The translations under genes were made by a program, and so were the position numbers. The notes beneath the pieces are model-generated. The model worked only from the letters and a program-made list of their open reading frames with translations, did no database searches and was not told the origin of the DNA. DNA of 63,982 nt, filler included, from Raillietiella orientalis (taxonomy: Eukaryota): NCBI GenBank assembly GCA_036172245.1. It is 4 parts of 4 records of this genome, joined end to end, with 100 filler letters (N's around TTAATTAATTAA, not from the genome) between each part and the next. Parts side by side here need not be neighbours in the genome. Positions count along the whole stretch, not along the records: positions 20,504 to 39,722 come from JAYWIR010000237.1; positions 39,823 to 58,450 come from JAYWIR010000238.1; 2 more parts are not named here. One strand, given 5' to 3'. Below are positions 34,700-48,800 of the stretch, piece by piece (the first letter of the stretch is position 1; each line of letters starts with the position of its first letter).

Positions 34700-35800
34700 C
34701 CACTTTCATTTTGGGGTTCTCGGCGGTTTTCACCTTTATCCGGAGGATTGCTGCCCTTGGAGGTGCATTCTCCTTTTTCTCTTCTTCTGCCTGATTTCCT
34801 GGAAGCCGTCTTCCGGAATCGGTGCGGCTTCCTTTACACACTCCGCCTTCTCCGCCAGCTTCTTCGGCTCTTCAGCCTCCTTGCGTGTTCCCCCTGCAAG
34901 CGAGAGAGCCCAGATATTCCGCACCAGAACGCGTATGTTTTACAAGTCCACTTGAGGCGAGAGAGCTTGCTGAAGAATATGATTTCGGCTGAGGGTACTC
35001 TCGGACCAGGTGTCCCTGTTTGCGGCATCGGTGGCTACATGCTATGGAACGCATCGCCACACGATGCCTGAAACTCTTACATTCGGTGCAGAAGGCTCCG
35101 TACAGGCGATTGGCTCTACCGAACGAGAACTTCCTGCGACTGAACATCAATGACGGGAACTCAGGGAAGTTGGGCACCTTCCGCTAGAGTCATTTTGGCG
35201 ACGCCCTTGCCGGAGGAAACTTTGCCTAGAAGGTTGCGAAATGCTACTTGTTAAATTTCGCCGAACTTGGCAAGATATCTCCATACATCTTGTTGAGCTC
35301 AGTCCGATATTCCCGCGACGTGCGCAATAGTGATAGATACCTGGCAACATTCTGCTCTTAAGGTTGATGACCCTCTCGATCAGGGCATCCGCGCGGATTT
35401 CGTGTGGATGCTGAAACCACTGGCACAGGGAATTATCTCCTGAGCTGTGTCTGAGTTTACGTTCGCCTCATAGAAGGCGAAGAAAACGAAGAGGATGTTG
35501 TGGACGCGGAGCAGTCCCGTCCTAAACCTGATTATTCGGACGTCTACTTTTAATGGAGCCATCAGATTGGGCACTTCGAGGAGAACCATTGACTCCGCCT
35601 TTCCGTATATCTTAAGTGGCTGGATGTTGCTATTTAGAGCTGCCACCGCCGCGAACGGAAACGCCTGCGCCACTGAAGCCAAGAAAAATGCTGGAGCGGT
35701 CGTTACCTTCCACGCCACGTGGGGGTTGGTAGGCTGCGACGAAAGCACTGCAGCCTACAACACGTGCGGAGAAGCTGTAATCTCACCCGCCGTTATCTTT
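34700..35800 (-). pseudogene. Relic of a B-family LINE ORF1
   Basis: IIRFRTGLLRVHN ~ B IIFKTGLIKFSN; FCTECKSFRH..CRKQGHLVREYPQPK ~ B FCTGFKPFGH..CGKVGHHVRNCPQPK; EDGFQEIRQKKRKRRM ~ B SDGFIEVGKKEKRRM. Confidence 0.8.
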
Positions 35801-36399
35801 ATCTGTTGATGTGACGCCGGCCAGGGCTTCATCTCTTCCCGCATCCTTCCGGCGGACAAAGAGTTCTCCGCTGCTAGGGGATTACGGGTCCTCCACCGTG
35901 GTGCTGCTAAACTCAATGCACTAGATAAAGGTTGATGGAGTCACTTTGTTGATCACTGTCACGTATCTGTTTATCGCTGAGTTTTTGACCACTCGACGAA
36001 CACAAAAATTGAATCGGAAGCGGTATTGGAAGCTCTTCAGGCGGGATATTCGGTAGAGCTTCCTCCTGCCATTAATGGCTCCTCACAGGACTTCCTCGGC
36101 GGCGATACTGCTCATGCGCAAAGTACATCCGCAATTCTGCGTAAAATGCCTGCATGCTTCGATTGGGCTATCTCTTAGTCAGTGATTCCTTTATAATCGC
36201 ACATTGCAGAAGCTTATACTGTGAGTAGAAGCACAGTATTTCGATGGCAAATGCAACAGTAAGTCCGCCAATGCAGCGAACAAAACATACGCTGCAAACA
36301 CTTCAGGATGGCGGCATTGAAGAACAGCTCAGCAATGCGGATGCGATGGAAGCGGAAGCCTGTGCACAGCACCACTGCTCGCGTGCACCAGCACGCGTG

Positions 36400-37500
36400 A
36401 GCGCTGAATCCTCCGATGCAGTCTTCATTCCCTGCCAGCACCCATTGCGCTATCGGAAGCGATTGTTCTTTCGGGAATGCAGTCGAGACGGTATGCGGGA
36501 ACGCATTGCTGCAACGCTATCTTCGAGTAGTGGGGCAAGCATGCTCATCCCATGGATCAACATGGAATTGGTGCGAAGAAGGAGATGGCGATCTCTTAAT
36601 TTTCTCGTTGGTGCTTCCAATCCTTCGGCGCATGCCAACGCATATCGCGTTATGGTTGTGCCAGAGAGCAGCTGGAGAGCACATACGGTTTCGAAGCACT
36701 TCACAAGCTTCGTGGGAGTAAGCTTCTTCACACTCTCCAGCATGAGTGAGCCTTCAGAGGAGGCAGAACATAAAGCAAAAGACAAGGAGACGTAACAGTG
36801 GACATTGGGAAGAGCGAACCAATAATCGATTTCGAATCCACTGCCTTAGCTCTTTTTCCGGGGTGGAACAAAAAAAGTGTACTTGTCTCTCGTGTTGCCG
36901 AAATGGCAGGGACGGTGTAGAATTCGACAGAACAACGGCTGTATCAAGTTTGTATTTCCGAGGCGCTGAAAAGTCCCTGCGTTTCCACACATTCAGCCGA
37001 AACGGAATTCCCGCGATGCCATTGAGCGAACTCGCAAGCAGAGGAAAGAGAGTGCATGTCGTCGGTCTTGGAATGTGGCTATTGCTACCATCAAGAAAGA
37101 AGAATTTGCGTAAAGTGCTAAGGGTGTACATGCTCAGTGTGCTGAGGAGTAGGCAACCTCTTGTCTACTCGAAGGGCGACCATACGACTGGAGAAACGTG
37201 CCAGCATTGCCTGAACTCACAACTGGAAATGAAAATGGAAGAAGGAAGGGAAGAGAGGAAATGGAAACAGCGGGAAAAGCGGATAGACATCCGCAGGGTT
37301 GCGTGGTCACCTTACTCTATCCATTGGTTTCCAGAATGGCCTGTGGCGTTCGGAAAGCGACTATGAAGCAAGGGCAGAGCGAGTTCAAGACTCCAAGTGC
37401 AGAAGCAGAAGAGCCATGTGATAACCATTCACAGAGTGACAAACATATCGGAAAGATACAAATGTAGGAAATGAGCGCCCTTTGACGCGACAACAACAAG
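36400..37500 (+). pseudogene. Possible very decayed ORF2 upstream of fragment F
   Basis: Only faint echoes (AYRV; CRNGRDGVEF ~ SPRRDGGLG) at plausible spacing; no YADD recognisable. Confidence 0.3.
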
Positions 37501-38245
37501 AACCGTCTCCGAAGAACTAGAACTTCGATCGAACTCTTCCCCTTTCAGCCAGAAGAGTTGAAAGTGCCTCCCCCTCGCCACTCCACCTCCCCTGTTTATG
37601 GATGGAAGGGCTTTTCCCCTCCTGTGGCAGCGATCGGCGCTACTGGTACAGCACTGGGGTCTTCCGTGCAATGCGCGCCAGCAACACTGGACGAGGGAAA
37701 GCGCATCGCCGAACTGTACCAGGTGTGGAGAGAAGGACACATTCCCCCACCTCGTAGTGCGGTGTGTCGCCCTCCAGGAAGTGTGGGCACGTTTCTCCGC
37801 GCTACTTCTGCACCCCGAGGACGATTCCAGAGGCTCTTTGAGGCCTCTCTTCGTGCGATACGCCGTGACGCCCGCAATCGCGGCGCTGTGACGTGAGCGC
37901 AGTGTCGCCGAGGCAAAGTGCGACACCGAGAGAGGCCGTAGCGATTGGGGGGCTGCCTTGCACGACACGCCAGCAGCTTCCTGCAGATAGTCTTGAGGTG
38001 GCCCCACCTTCAAAGGGAGAAGTAGGAGCTCGCCGGCAACCTTCTACGGATGCACAGGATTTATCCATCGTGAAAAGTGATCCCTTCCCTTCCCCCGAAT
38101 TATTCTTTTTGTTTGAGCGATTTGTGTTGCTGTTGTTGTTTTGTTCATTTTCGCTGTTTGTGGTTGCTTTCGCTTTTGTTGGAATTTTGACTCATCCTCC
38201 TTCCCCTTCGTGTACGTGATGGATATCGCCGGCTCCCCCTCTTTT
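37500..38245 (+). mobile_element. Fragment F: 3' end of a C/E-family LINE (zinc-finger region + 3'UTR)
   Basis: PLLWQRSALLVQHWGLPCNARQQHWT...CTRCGEKDTFPHLVVRC matches C (HWGLPCNARRHHWT...CIRCGE). AGTGATCCCTTCCC at ~38076 is followed by a T-rich tract. Confidence 0.88.
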
Positions 38246-38249
38246 TTTC

Positions 38250-38950
38250 CTAATGGGATAATGGGAATTATTATCTCCTTCGATTCCTGCAAGAGGAACA
38301 AACGATCCGGCGCATCCGGGTGCCCTTTTTGAGTGCGGCTTCGCTCAAGAAGCGCAGCAGCAGGTTGATAGCAGTGTGTTGGCGGTGACGGAGAGCCGTG
38401 GCGAGTCTCCGGCACAAATCATGCAGCTCACTGCAATCGAAAGGTAGGAGCGGAAGCGATTCCATCACCCTGCACCCGAACCGGCTTGGGGACGCCGCTC
38501 CCCCAGAATCCAGGTGTCTTCTCTGATTGCACTGGAATCCCCAGTGCGAAAACCGCAGAACTTCATGTATCCAACGAAGCGGGTGCACGAAGGTGTCCAT
38601 CCAGAGAGAAGAGACCACAAGCTCTTCGGGGGCCACTCCGAGAAGCTCACTCCACCGAAGCAATCCATTTGACCGGGATCCAGGAGTGGACGCGTTCACC
38701 AGCTCGCTCGTTTTCAGCCATTGAAGAGTTGTTCGACTCTAGCAAGGTTGGAGGAGAACATTCACCCAGTCGGTTGGACACTGTCGTTGTTGGACCTGAG
38801 GGCAGACGGCGCTACAGTCGGGCGTGAGACGGCTAACCGGGACCACTGCGACCAGTGCTGCAGCGTATTTCCCAGCGGTTTGCGGAGCAGTTGCTCTTCC
38901 AAGGTAGCGATTCAGAGCTCCAAAGGTTTCTGCTGACAGCCATTCCAAAC
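38250..38950 (-). mobile_element. Fragment G: decayed 3' end of a C/E-family LINE, tail-to-tail with F
   Basis: TPGSRSNGLLRWSELLGV..HPLRW..HWGFQCNQRRH matches C TPSTPPNGLLRWRELQDV..LPLKW..HWGLPCNARRH. Upstream limit uncertain. Confidence 0.8.
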
Positions 38951-39722
38951 GATGGGACGGAAAGGAGGTGTACGCATGGGCTAGCAGCAAGGAGAAGCAG
39001 GCGTACATGCGAGCGAAACCGATGCCCTCACACGCGCTCTCCCATCTTCCTCTTCCTCTCTCAAACCATGCTCCCTGCACGTCTTTCGTGGCCACCATTG
39101 CCGCTTGGTGGACCCGTGCAAACGTCGCGCCGTGGACCGACGCTCCTGTTGAAGCGAAATTTCCATTGATTGTATTGTATCCAGAAATCGTTCATGTTCA
39201 ACAATTCGAGATGTACATAGCATGCCGGGAATAGTAATGCGAATGCATGCACTATGCAAGTGCGTGCACAAGCGCATCTTTTCATACGAATCTGAAGATG
39301 CACGGCATACAGGTTGAGCAGCTTGCGAGGATACGTGCATTCCTGCTCGGGATTCGAGTGCAAGTCAAACAGGTTGTTATGTCTTCATGTGTACATTGAT
39401 GGTAGTTGACTCACATCAGGCGAACTGTACGGCACTCACTTTGCCACGTCCCTATTGGAACATCAGATTGCAGTTTCACTGAAACTGCAATCTTCTCTCT
39501 ATTGCGATGCCCACCGTAATTCGAGCGCGGGGATGCTCACGCTCACGCACACATGGGCGTACTTCCTGCGGATTGCGAACAACGCATACATACATTTATG
39601 CATGGATGCATGCATTGTGTCTGTTGTTCCGTTTCCATATCCAGATCAGTGCACCCCCAAGTTCCCATTCCGTTCTGAAAACGTGTGCATGCTGATGTTC
39701 AATACATAGGTGAGTGTGTATA

Positions 39723-39822
39723 NNNNNNNNNNNNNNNNNNNNNNNNNNNNNNNNNNNNNNNNNNNNTTAATTAATTAANNNNNNNNNNNNNNNNNNNNNN
39801 NNNNNNNNNNNNNNNNNNNNNN
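39723..39822. other. Artificial assembly spacer
   Basis: 44 N + TTAATTAATTAA + 44 N. Confidence 0.98.
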
Positions 39823-42800
39823 CAACCTTATGAGAAGTCGACCTCATCTCAATGTTCTTCTGAACCCAGTCAACTGGACGTTTGTGGGGCTATCCATGAC
39901 GGGAATTTGCAACTCACTGCAAATGGACGCTTCGGGAAGAGACGCAAAAGTGCAAAGGTGTAATCTTCTGATTGCGAATTGATTACAAACCCCCAAACGT
40001 TGCAACTTCGGTCCACATAATGAATCAATAGGAAGGAAAACATTTCCTTTCTATTTCCGATCAGTTTCTGAAAACAAACAAGTCCAAAGTGCCCTACCCA
40101 AATGAAAAGTCGGTCTCATCTCAATATTCTTCTGTACCCAGTCAAATGGACGTTTGTGCGGCTATCCATGACGGGAATTTGCAACTCACTGCAAATGGAC
40201 GCTTCGGGAAGATGCGCAAAAGTGCAAAGGTGTAATCTTCTGATTTCGAATTGATTACAAACCCCCAAACGTTGCAAATCCGGACCACATAATGAATTAA
40301 AGTTAAGGAAAACATTTCCTTTCTATTTCCGACAGTGGTTACCATGAAAACGAAACAGAGTCCAAAGTGCCCCATTCATATGAGAAGTCAATCTCATCTC
40401 AATGTTCTTCTGAACCCAGTCAACTGGACGTTTGTGGGGCTATCCATGACGGGAATTTGCAACTCACTGCAAATGGACGCTCCGGGGAGAGGTGCAAAAG
40501 TGCAAAGGTGTAATCTTCTGATTGCGAATTGATTACAAACCCCCAAACGTTGCAAATTCGGACCACATAATGAATCAAAGGGAAGGAAAACATTTCCTTT
40601 CTATTTCCGACAGTCGTTACCATGAAAACGAAACAGAGTCCAAAGTGCCCCACCCTAATGAAAAGTCGGTCTCATCTCAATGTTCTTCTGTACCCAGTCA
40701 AATGGACGTTTGTGCGGCTATCCATGACGGGAATTTGCAACTCACTGCAAATGGACGCTTCGGGAAGAGGCGCAAAAGTGCAAAGGTGTAATCTTCTTAT
40801 TGCGAATTGATTACAAACCCCCAAACGTTGCAACTTCGGTCCACATAATGAATCAATAGGAAGGAAAACATTTCCTTTCTATTTCCGACAGTCGTTACCA
40901 TGAAAACGAAACAGAGTCCAAAGTGCCCTACCCAAATGAAAAGTCGGTCTCATCTCAATGTTCTTCTGAACCCAGTCAAATGTACGTATGTGCGGCTATC
41001 CATGACGGGAATTTGCAACTAGCTGCAAATGGACGCTTCAGGAAGAGGCGCAAAAGTGCAAAGGTGTAATCTTCTGATTGCGAATTGATTACAAACCCCC
41101 AAACGTTGCAAATCCGGACCACATAATGAATCAAAGGGAAGGAAAACATTTCCTTTCTATTTCCGACAGTGGTTACCATGAAAACGAAACAGAGTCCAAA
41201 GTGCCCCACACTAATGAAAAGTCGGTCTCATCTCAGTGTTCTTCTGAACTCAGTCAAATGGACGATTGTGCGGCTATCCATGACGGGAATTTGCAACTCA
41301 CTGCAAATGGACGCTTCGGAAAGATGCGCAAAAGTGCAAAGGTGTAATCTTCTGATTGCGAATTGATTACAAACCCCCAAACGTTGCAAATCCGGACCAC
41401 ATAATGAATTACAGGGAAGGAAAACATTTCCTTTCTATTTCCGACAGTGGTTACCATGAAAACGAAACAGAGTCCAAAGTGCCCCACCCATATGAGAAGT
41501 CGACCTCATCTCAATGTTCTTCTGAACCCAGTCAACTGGACGTTTGTGGTGCTATCCATGACGGGAATTTGCAACTCACTGCAAATGGACGCTCCGGGGA
41601 GAGGTGCAAAAGTGCAAAGGTGTAATCATCTGATTTCGAATTGATTACAAACCCCCAAACGTTACAAATCCGGACCACATAATGAATTAAAGTTAAGGAA
41701 AACATTTCCTTTCTATTTCCGACAGTGGTTACCATGAAAACGAAACAGAGTCCAAAGTGCCCCATTCATATGAGAAGTCAATCTCATCTCAATGTACTTC
41801 TGAACCCAGTCAACTGGACGTTTGTGGGGCTATCCATGACGGGAATTTGCAACTCACTGCAAATGGACCCTACGGGGAGAGGTGCAAAAGTGCAAAGGTG
41901 TAATCTTCTGATTGCGAATTGATTACAAACCCCCAAACGTTGCAAATCCGGATCACATAAAGAAATAAAGGGAAGGAAAACATTTCCTTTCTATTTCCGA
42001 CAGTCGTTACCATGAAAACGAAACAGAGTCCAAAGTGCCCCACACTAATGAAAAGTCGGTCTCATCTCAGTGTTCTTCTGAACACAGTCAACTGGACGTT
42101 TGTGGGGCTATCCATGACAGGAATTTGCAACTCACTGCAAATGGACGCTCCGGGGAGAGGTGCAAAAGTGCAAAGGTGTAATCTTCTGATTTCGAATTGA
42201 TTAGAAACCCCCAAACGTTACAAATTCGGACCACATAATGAATTAAAGGGAAGGAAAACATTTCCTTTCTATTTCCGACAGTGGTTACCATTCAAACGAA
42301 ACAGAGTCCAAAGTGCCCAACCTTATGAGAAGTCGACCTCATCTCAATGTTCTTCTGAACCCAGTCAACTGGACGTTTGTGGGGCTATCCATGACGGGAA
42401 TTTGCAACTCACTGCAAATGGACGCTTCGGGAAGAGACGCAAAAGTGCAAAGGTGTAATCTTCTGATTGCGAATTGATTACAAACCCCCAAACGTTGCAA
42501 CTTCGGTCCACATAATGAATCAATAGGAAGGAAAACATTTCCTTTCTATTTCCGACAGTCGTTTCCATGAAAACGAAACAGAGTCCAAAGTGCCCTACCC
42601 AAATGAAAAGTCGGTCTCATCTCAATGTTCTTCTGTACCCAGTCAAATGGACGTTTGTGCGGCTATCCATGACGGGAATTTGCAACTCACTGCAAATGGA
42701 CGCTTCGGGAAGATGCGCAAAAGTGCAAAGGTGTAATCTTCTGATTGCGAATTGATTACAAACCCCCAAACGTTGCAAATCCGGACCACATAATGAATTA

Positions 42801-45800
42801 AAGGGAAGGAAAACATTTCCTTTCTATTTCCGACAGTGGTTACCATGAAAACGAAACAGAGTCCAAAGTGCCCAACCTTATGAGAAGTCGACCTCATCTC
42901 AATGTTCTTCTGAACCCAGTCAACTGGACGTTTGTGGGGCTATCCATGACGGGAATTTGCAACTCACTGCAAATGGACGCTTCGGGAAGAGGCGCAAAAG
43001 TGCAAAGGTGTAATCTTCTGATTGCGAATTGATTACAAACCCCCAAACGTTGCAAATTCGGACCACATAATGAATCAATGGGAAGGAAAACATTTCCTTT
43101 CTATTTCCGACAGTCGTTACCATGAAAACGAAACAGAGTCCAAAGTGCCCTACCCAAATGAAAAGTCGGTCTCATCTCAATGTTCTTCTGTACCCAGTCA
43201 AATGGACGTTTGTGCGGCTATCCATGACGGGAATTTGCAACTCACTGCAAATGGACGCTTCGGGAAGATGCGCAAAAGTGCAAAGGTGTAATCTTCTGAT
43301 TGCGAATTGATTACAAACCCCCAAACGTTGCAAATCCGGACCACATAATGAATCAATAGGAAGGAAAACATTTCCTTTCTATTTCCGACAGTCGTTTCCA
43401 TGAAAACGAAACAGAGTCCAAAGTGCCCTACCCAAATGAAAAGTCGGTCTCATCTCAATATTCTTCTGTACCCAGTCAAATGGACGTTTGTGCGGCTATC
43501 CATGACGGGAATTTGCAACTCACTGCAAATGGACGCTTCGGGAAGATGCGCAAAAGTGCAAAGGTGTAATCTTCTGATTTCGAATTGATTACAAACCCCC
43601 AAACGTTGCAAATCCGGACCACATAATGAATTAAAGTTAAGGAAAACATTTCCTTTCTATTTCCGACAGTGGTTACCATGAAAACGAAACACAGTCCAAA
43701 GTGCCCCATTCATATGAGAAGTCAATCTCATCTCAATGTTCTTCTGAACCCAGTCAACTGGACGTTTGTGGGGCTATCCATGACGGGAATTTGCAACTCA
43801 CTGCAAATGGACCCTCCGGGGAGAGGTGCAAAAGTGCAAAGGTGTAATCTTCTGATTGCGAATTGATTACAAACCCCCAAACGTTGCAAATCCGGATCAC
43901 ATAATGAATTAAAGGGAAGGAAAACATTTCCTTTCTATTTCCGACAGTCGTTACCATGAAAACGAAACAGAGTCCAAAGTGCCCCACACTAATGAAAAGT
44001 CGGTCTCATCTCAGTGTTCTTCTGAACCCAGTCAAATGGACGATTGTGCGGCTATCCATGACGGGAATTTGCAACTCACTGCAAATGGACGCTTCGGAAA
44101 GATGCGCAAAAGTGCAAAGGTGTAATCTTCTGATTGCGAATTGATTACAAACCCCCAAACGTTTAAATTCGGACAACATAATGAATCAAAGAGAAGGAAA
44201 ACATTCCCTTTGTATTTCCGACTCTAGTAACCGTGAAAACGAAACAGTGTCCATAGTGCCCCACACTAATGAAAAGTCGGTCTCATCTCAGTGTTCTTCT
44301 GAACCCAGTTAAATGGACGTTTGTGCGGCTATCCATGACGGGAATTTGCAACTCACTGCAAATGGACGCTTCGGGAAGAGGCGCAAAAGTGCAAAGGTGT
44401 AATCTTCTGATTGCGAATTGACTACAAACCCCCAAACGTTGCAAATACGGACCACATAATGAATTAAAGGGAAGGAAAACATTTCTTTTCTATTTCCGAC
44501 AGTGGTTACCATGAAAACGAAACAGAGTCCAAAGTGCCCCACCCATATGAGAAGTCAATCTCATCTCAATGTTCTTCTGAACCCAGTCAACTGGACGTTT
44601 GTGGGGCTATCCATGACGGGAATTTGCAACTTACTGCAAATGGACGCTCCGGGGAGAGATGCAAAAGTGCAAAGGTGTAATCTTCTGATTTCGAATTGAT
44701 TACAAACCCCCAAACGTTGCAACTTCGGTCCACATAATGAATCAATAGGAAGGAAAACATTTCCTTTCTATTTCCGACAGTCGTTACCATGAAAACGAAA
44801 CAGAGTCCAAAGTGCTCTACCCAAATGAAAAGTCGGTCTTATCTCAATGTTCTTCTGAATCCAGTCAAATGGACGTTTTTTGCGGCTATCCATGACGGGA
44901 ATTTGCAACTCACTGCAAATGGACGCTTCTCGAAGAGGCGCAAAAGTGCAAAGGTGTAATCTTCTGATTGCGAATTGATTACAAACCCCCAAAGGTTTAA
45001 ATTCGGACAACATAATGAATCAAAGAGAAGGAAAACATTCCCTTTCTATTTCCGACACTAGTAACCATGAAAACGAAACAGAGTCCAAAGTACCCCACCC
45101 TAATGAAAAGTCAGTCTCATCTCAATGTTCTTCTGAACCCAGTCAACTGGACGTTTGTGGTGCTATCCATGACGGGAATTTGCAACTCACTGCAAATGGA
45201 CGCTCCGGGGAGAGGTGCAAAAGTGCAAAGGTGTAATCTTCTGATTTCGAATTGATTACAAACCCCCAAACGTTGCAACTTCGGTCCACATAATGAATCA
45301 ATAGGAAGGAAAACATTTCCTTTCTATTTCCGACAGTCGTTACCATGAAAACGAAACAGAGTCCAAAGTGCTCTACCCAAATGAAAAGTCGGTCTTATCT
45401 CAATGTTCTTCTGAATCCAGTCAAATGGACGTTTTTTGCGGCTATCCATGACGGGAATTTGCAACTCACTGCAAATGGACGCTTCTCGAAGAGGCGCAAA
45501 AGTGCAAAGGTGTAATCTTCTGATTGCGAATTGATTACAAACCCCCAAAGGTTTAAATTCGGACAACATAATGAATCAAAGAGAAGGAAAACATTCCCTT
45601 TCTATTTCCGACACTAGTAACCATGAAAACGAAACAGAGTCCAAAGTACCCCACCCTAATGAAAAGTCAGTCTCATCTCAATGTTCTTCTGAACCCAGTC
45701 AACTGGACGTTTGTGGTGCTATCCATGACGGGAATTTGCAACTCACTGCAAATGGACGCTCCGGGGAGAGGTGCAAAAGTGCAAAGGTGTAATCTTCTGA

Positions 45801-48800
45801 TTTCGAATTGATTACAAACCCCCAAACGTTGCAACTTCGGTCCACATAATGAATCAATAGGAAGGAAAACATTTCCTTTCTATTTCCGACAGTCGTTACC
45901 ATGAAAACGAAACAGAGTCCAAAGTGCTCTACCCAAATGAAAAGTCGGTCTTATCTCAATGTTCTTCTGAATCCAGTCAAATGGACGTTTTTTGCGGCTA
46001 TCCATGACGGGAATTTGCAACTCACTGCAAATGGACGCTTCTCGAAGAGGCGCAAAAGTGCAAAGGTGTAATCTTCTGATTGCGAATTGATTACAAACCC
46101 CCAAACGTTGCAACTTCGGTCCACATAATGAATCAATAGGAAGGAAAACATTTCCTTTCTATTTCCGACAGTCGTTTCCATGAAAACGAAACAGAGTCCA
46201 AAGTGCCCTACCCAAATGAAAAGTCGGTCTCATCTCAATGTTCTTCTGAATCCAGTCAAATGGACGTTTGTGCGGCTATCCATGACGGGAATTTGCAACT
46301 CACTGCAAATAGACGCTTCAGAAAGAGGCTCAAAAGTGCAAAGGGGTCATCTGCAGATTTCGAATTGATTACAAACCCTTAAACGTCCAAATTCGGTCCA
46401 CATAATGAATCAAATTGACGGAAAGCATTCCCTTTCTAATTCCGACACTGGTAACCATCAAAACGAAACAGAGTCCAAAGTGCCCCACCCTAAGGAAAGG
46501 ACGGACTCATCTCAATGTTCTTCTGAATCCAGTCAAATGCACGTTTGTGCGGGTATCCATGACGGTAATTTTCAACTCACTGCAAATGGACGCTTCAGGG
46601 GGAGGCGCAAAAGTGCAAAGGTGTCATCTGCTGATTTCGAATTGATAAAAACCCTTAAACGTCCTAATTCGGTCCACATAATGAATCAAAGTGAAGAAAA
46701 ACCTTCCCTTTCTAATTCCGACACTGGTACCCATGAAAACGAAACAGAGTCCAAAGTGCCCCACCCTAAGGAAAGGACGGGCTCATCTCAATGTTCCTCT
46801 GAAGCCAGTCAAATGTACGTATGTGCAGCTATCCATGCCACGAATTTCCCGCTCGCTGCAAATGGACGCTTCGGGGAGAGGCGCAAAAGTGCAAAGGTGT
46901 CATCTGCTGATTTCGAATTGATTACAAACCTTCAAACGTCCAAATTCGGTCCACATAATGAATCAAATTTACGGAAAACATTCCCTTTCTAATTCCGACA
47001 CTGGTAGCCATGAAAACGAAACAGAGACCAAAGTGCCCCACCCTAAGGAAAGGACGCGCTCATCTCAATGTTCTTCTGAAGCCAGTCAAATGTACGTATG
47101 TGGAGCTATCCATGCCACGAATTTGCCGTTCGCTGCAAATGGACGCTTCGGGGAGAGGCGCAAAAGTGCGAAGGTGTCATGTGCTGATTTCGAATTGATC
47201 ACAAACCCTTAAACGTCCAAATTTGGTCCATATAATGAATCAAAGTGAAGGAAAACCTTCCCTTTCTGATTGCGACACTGGTGACCATGAAAACGAAACA
47301 GAGACCAAAGTGCTCCACCCTAAGGAAAGGACGCACTCATCTCAATGTTCTTCTGAACCCAGTCAAATGGACGTATGTGCAGCTATCCATGCCACGAATT
47401 TCCCGCTCGCTGCAAATCGGAGGCTTCGGGGAGAGGCGCAAAAGTGCAAAGGTGTCATCTGCTGATTTCGAATTGATTACAAACCTTCAAACGTCCAAAT
47501 TCGGTCCACATAATGAATCAAATTTACGGAAAACATTCCCTTTCTAATTCCGACACTGGTAGCCATGAAAACGAAACAGAGACCAAAGTGCCCCACCCTA
47601 AGCAAAGGACGCACTCATCTCAATGTTCTTCTGAATCCAGTCAAATGGAAGTTTGTGCGGGTATCCATGACGCTAATTTGCATCTCACTGCAAATGGACG
47701 CTTCGGGGAGAGGCGCAAAGGTGCAAGGGTGTCATCTGCTGATTTCGAATTGATTACAAACCCTGAAATGTCCAAATTCGGTCCATATAATGAATCAAAT
47801 TGAAAGAATACCTTCCCTTTCTAATTCCGACACTGGTGACCATGAAAACGAAACAGAGTCCAAAGTGCCCCACCCTAAGGAAAGCACGCACTCATCTCAA
47901 TGTTCTTCTGAACCCAATCAACTGGACGTATGTGCGGCTATCCATGACGCTAATTTGCAACTCACTGCAAATGGACGCTTCGGTTAGAGGCTCAAAAGTG
48001 CAAAGGGGTCATCCGCTGATTTCAAATTGATTACAAACCCTTAAACGTCCAAATTCGGTCCATATAATGAATCAAAGTGAAGGAAAACCTTCCCTTTCTA
48101 ATTCCGACACTGGTGACCATGAAAACGAAGCAGAGTCTAAAGTGCCCCACCCTAAGGAAAGGACGCACTCATCTCAATGTTCTTCTGAATCCAGTCAAAT
48201 GCACGTTTGTGCGTTTATCCATGACGGTAATTTTCAACTCACTGTAAATGGACGCTTCAGGGGGGGGCGCAAAAGTGCAAAGGTGTCATCTGCTGATTTC
48301 GAATTGATTACAAACCCTTAAACGTCCAAATTCGGTCCACATAATGAATCAAAGTGAAGAAAAACCTTCCCTTTCTAATTCCGACACTGCTACCCATGAA
48401 AACGAAACAGAGTCCAAAGTGCCCCACCCTAAGGAAAGGACGCGCTCATCTCAATGTTCTTCTGAAGCCAGTCAAATGTACGTATGTGCAGCTATTCATG
48501 CCACGAATTTCCCGCTCGCTGCAAATGGACGCTTCGTGGAGAAGCGCAAAAGTCCAAAGGTGTCATCTGCTGATTTCGAATTGATTACAAACCCTTAAAC
48601 GCCCAAATTCGGTACACATAATCAACCAAAGTGAAGGAAAACCTTCCCTTTCTAATTCCGACACTGGTAGCCATGAAAACGAAACAGAGTCCAAAGTGCC
48701 CCACCCTAAGCAAAGGACGCACTCATCTCAATGTTCTTCTGAATCCGGTCAAATGGACGTTTGTGCGGCTATCCATGACGGGAATTTGCAACTCACTGCA

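Noticed and set aside
39200..39722. TGCA/ATGC-rich stretch suggesting a MITE or minisatellite
   Set aside because: No terminal inverted repeats or consistent period could be identified, and it is cut by the gap.
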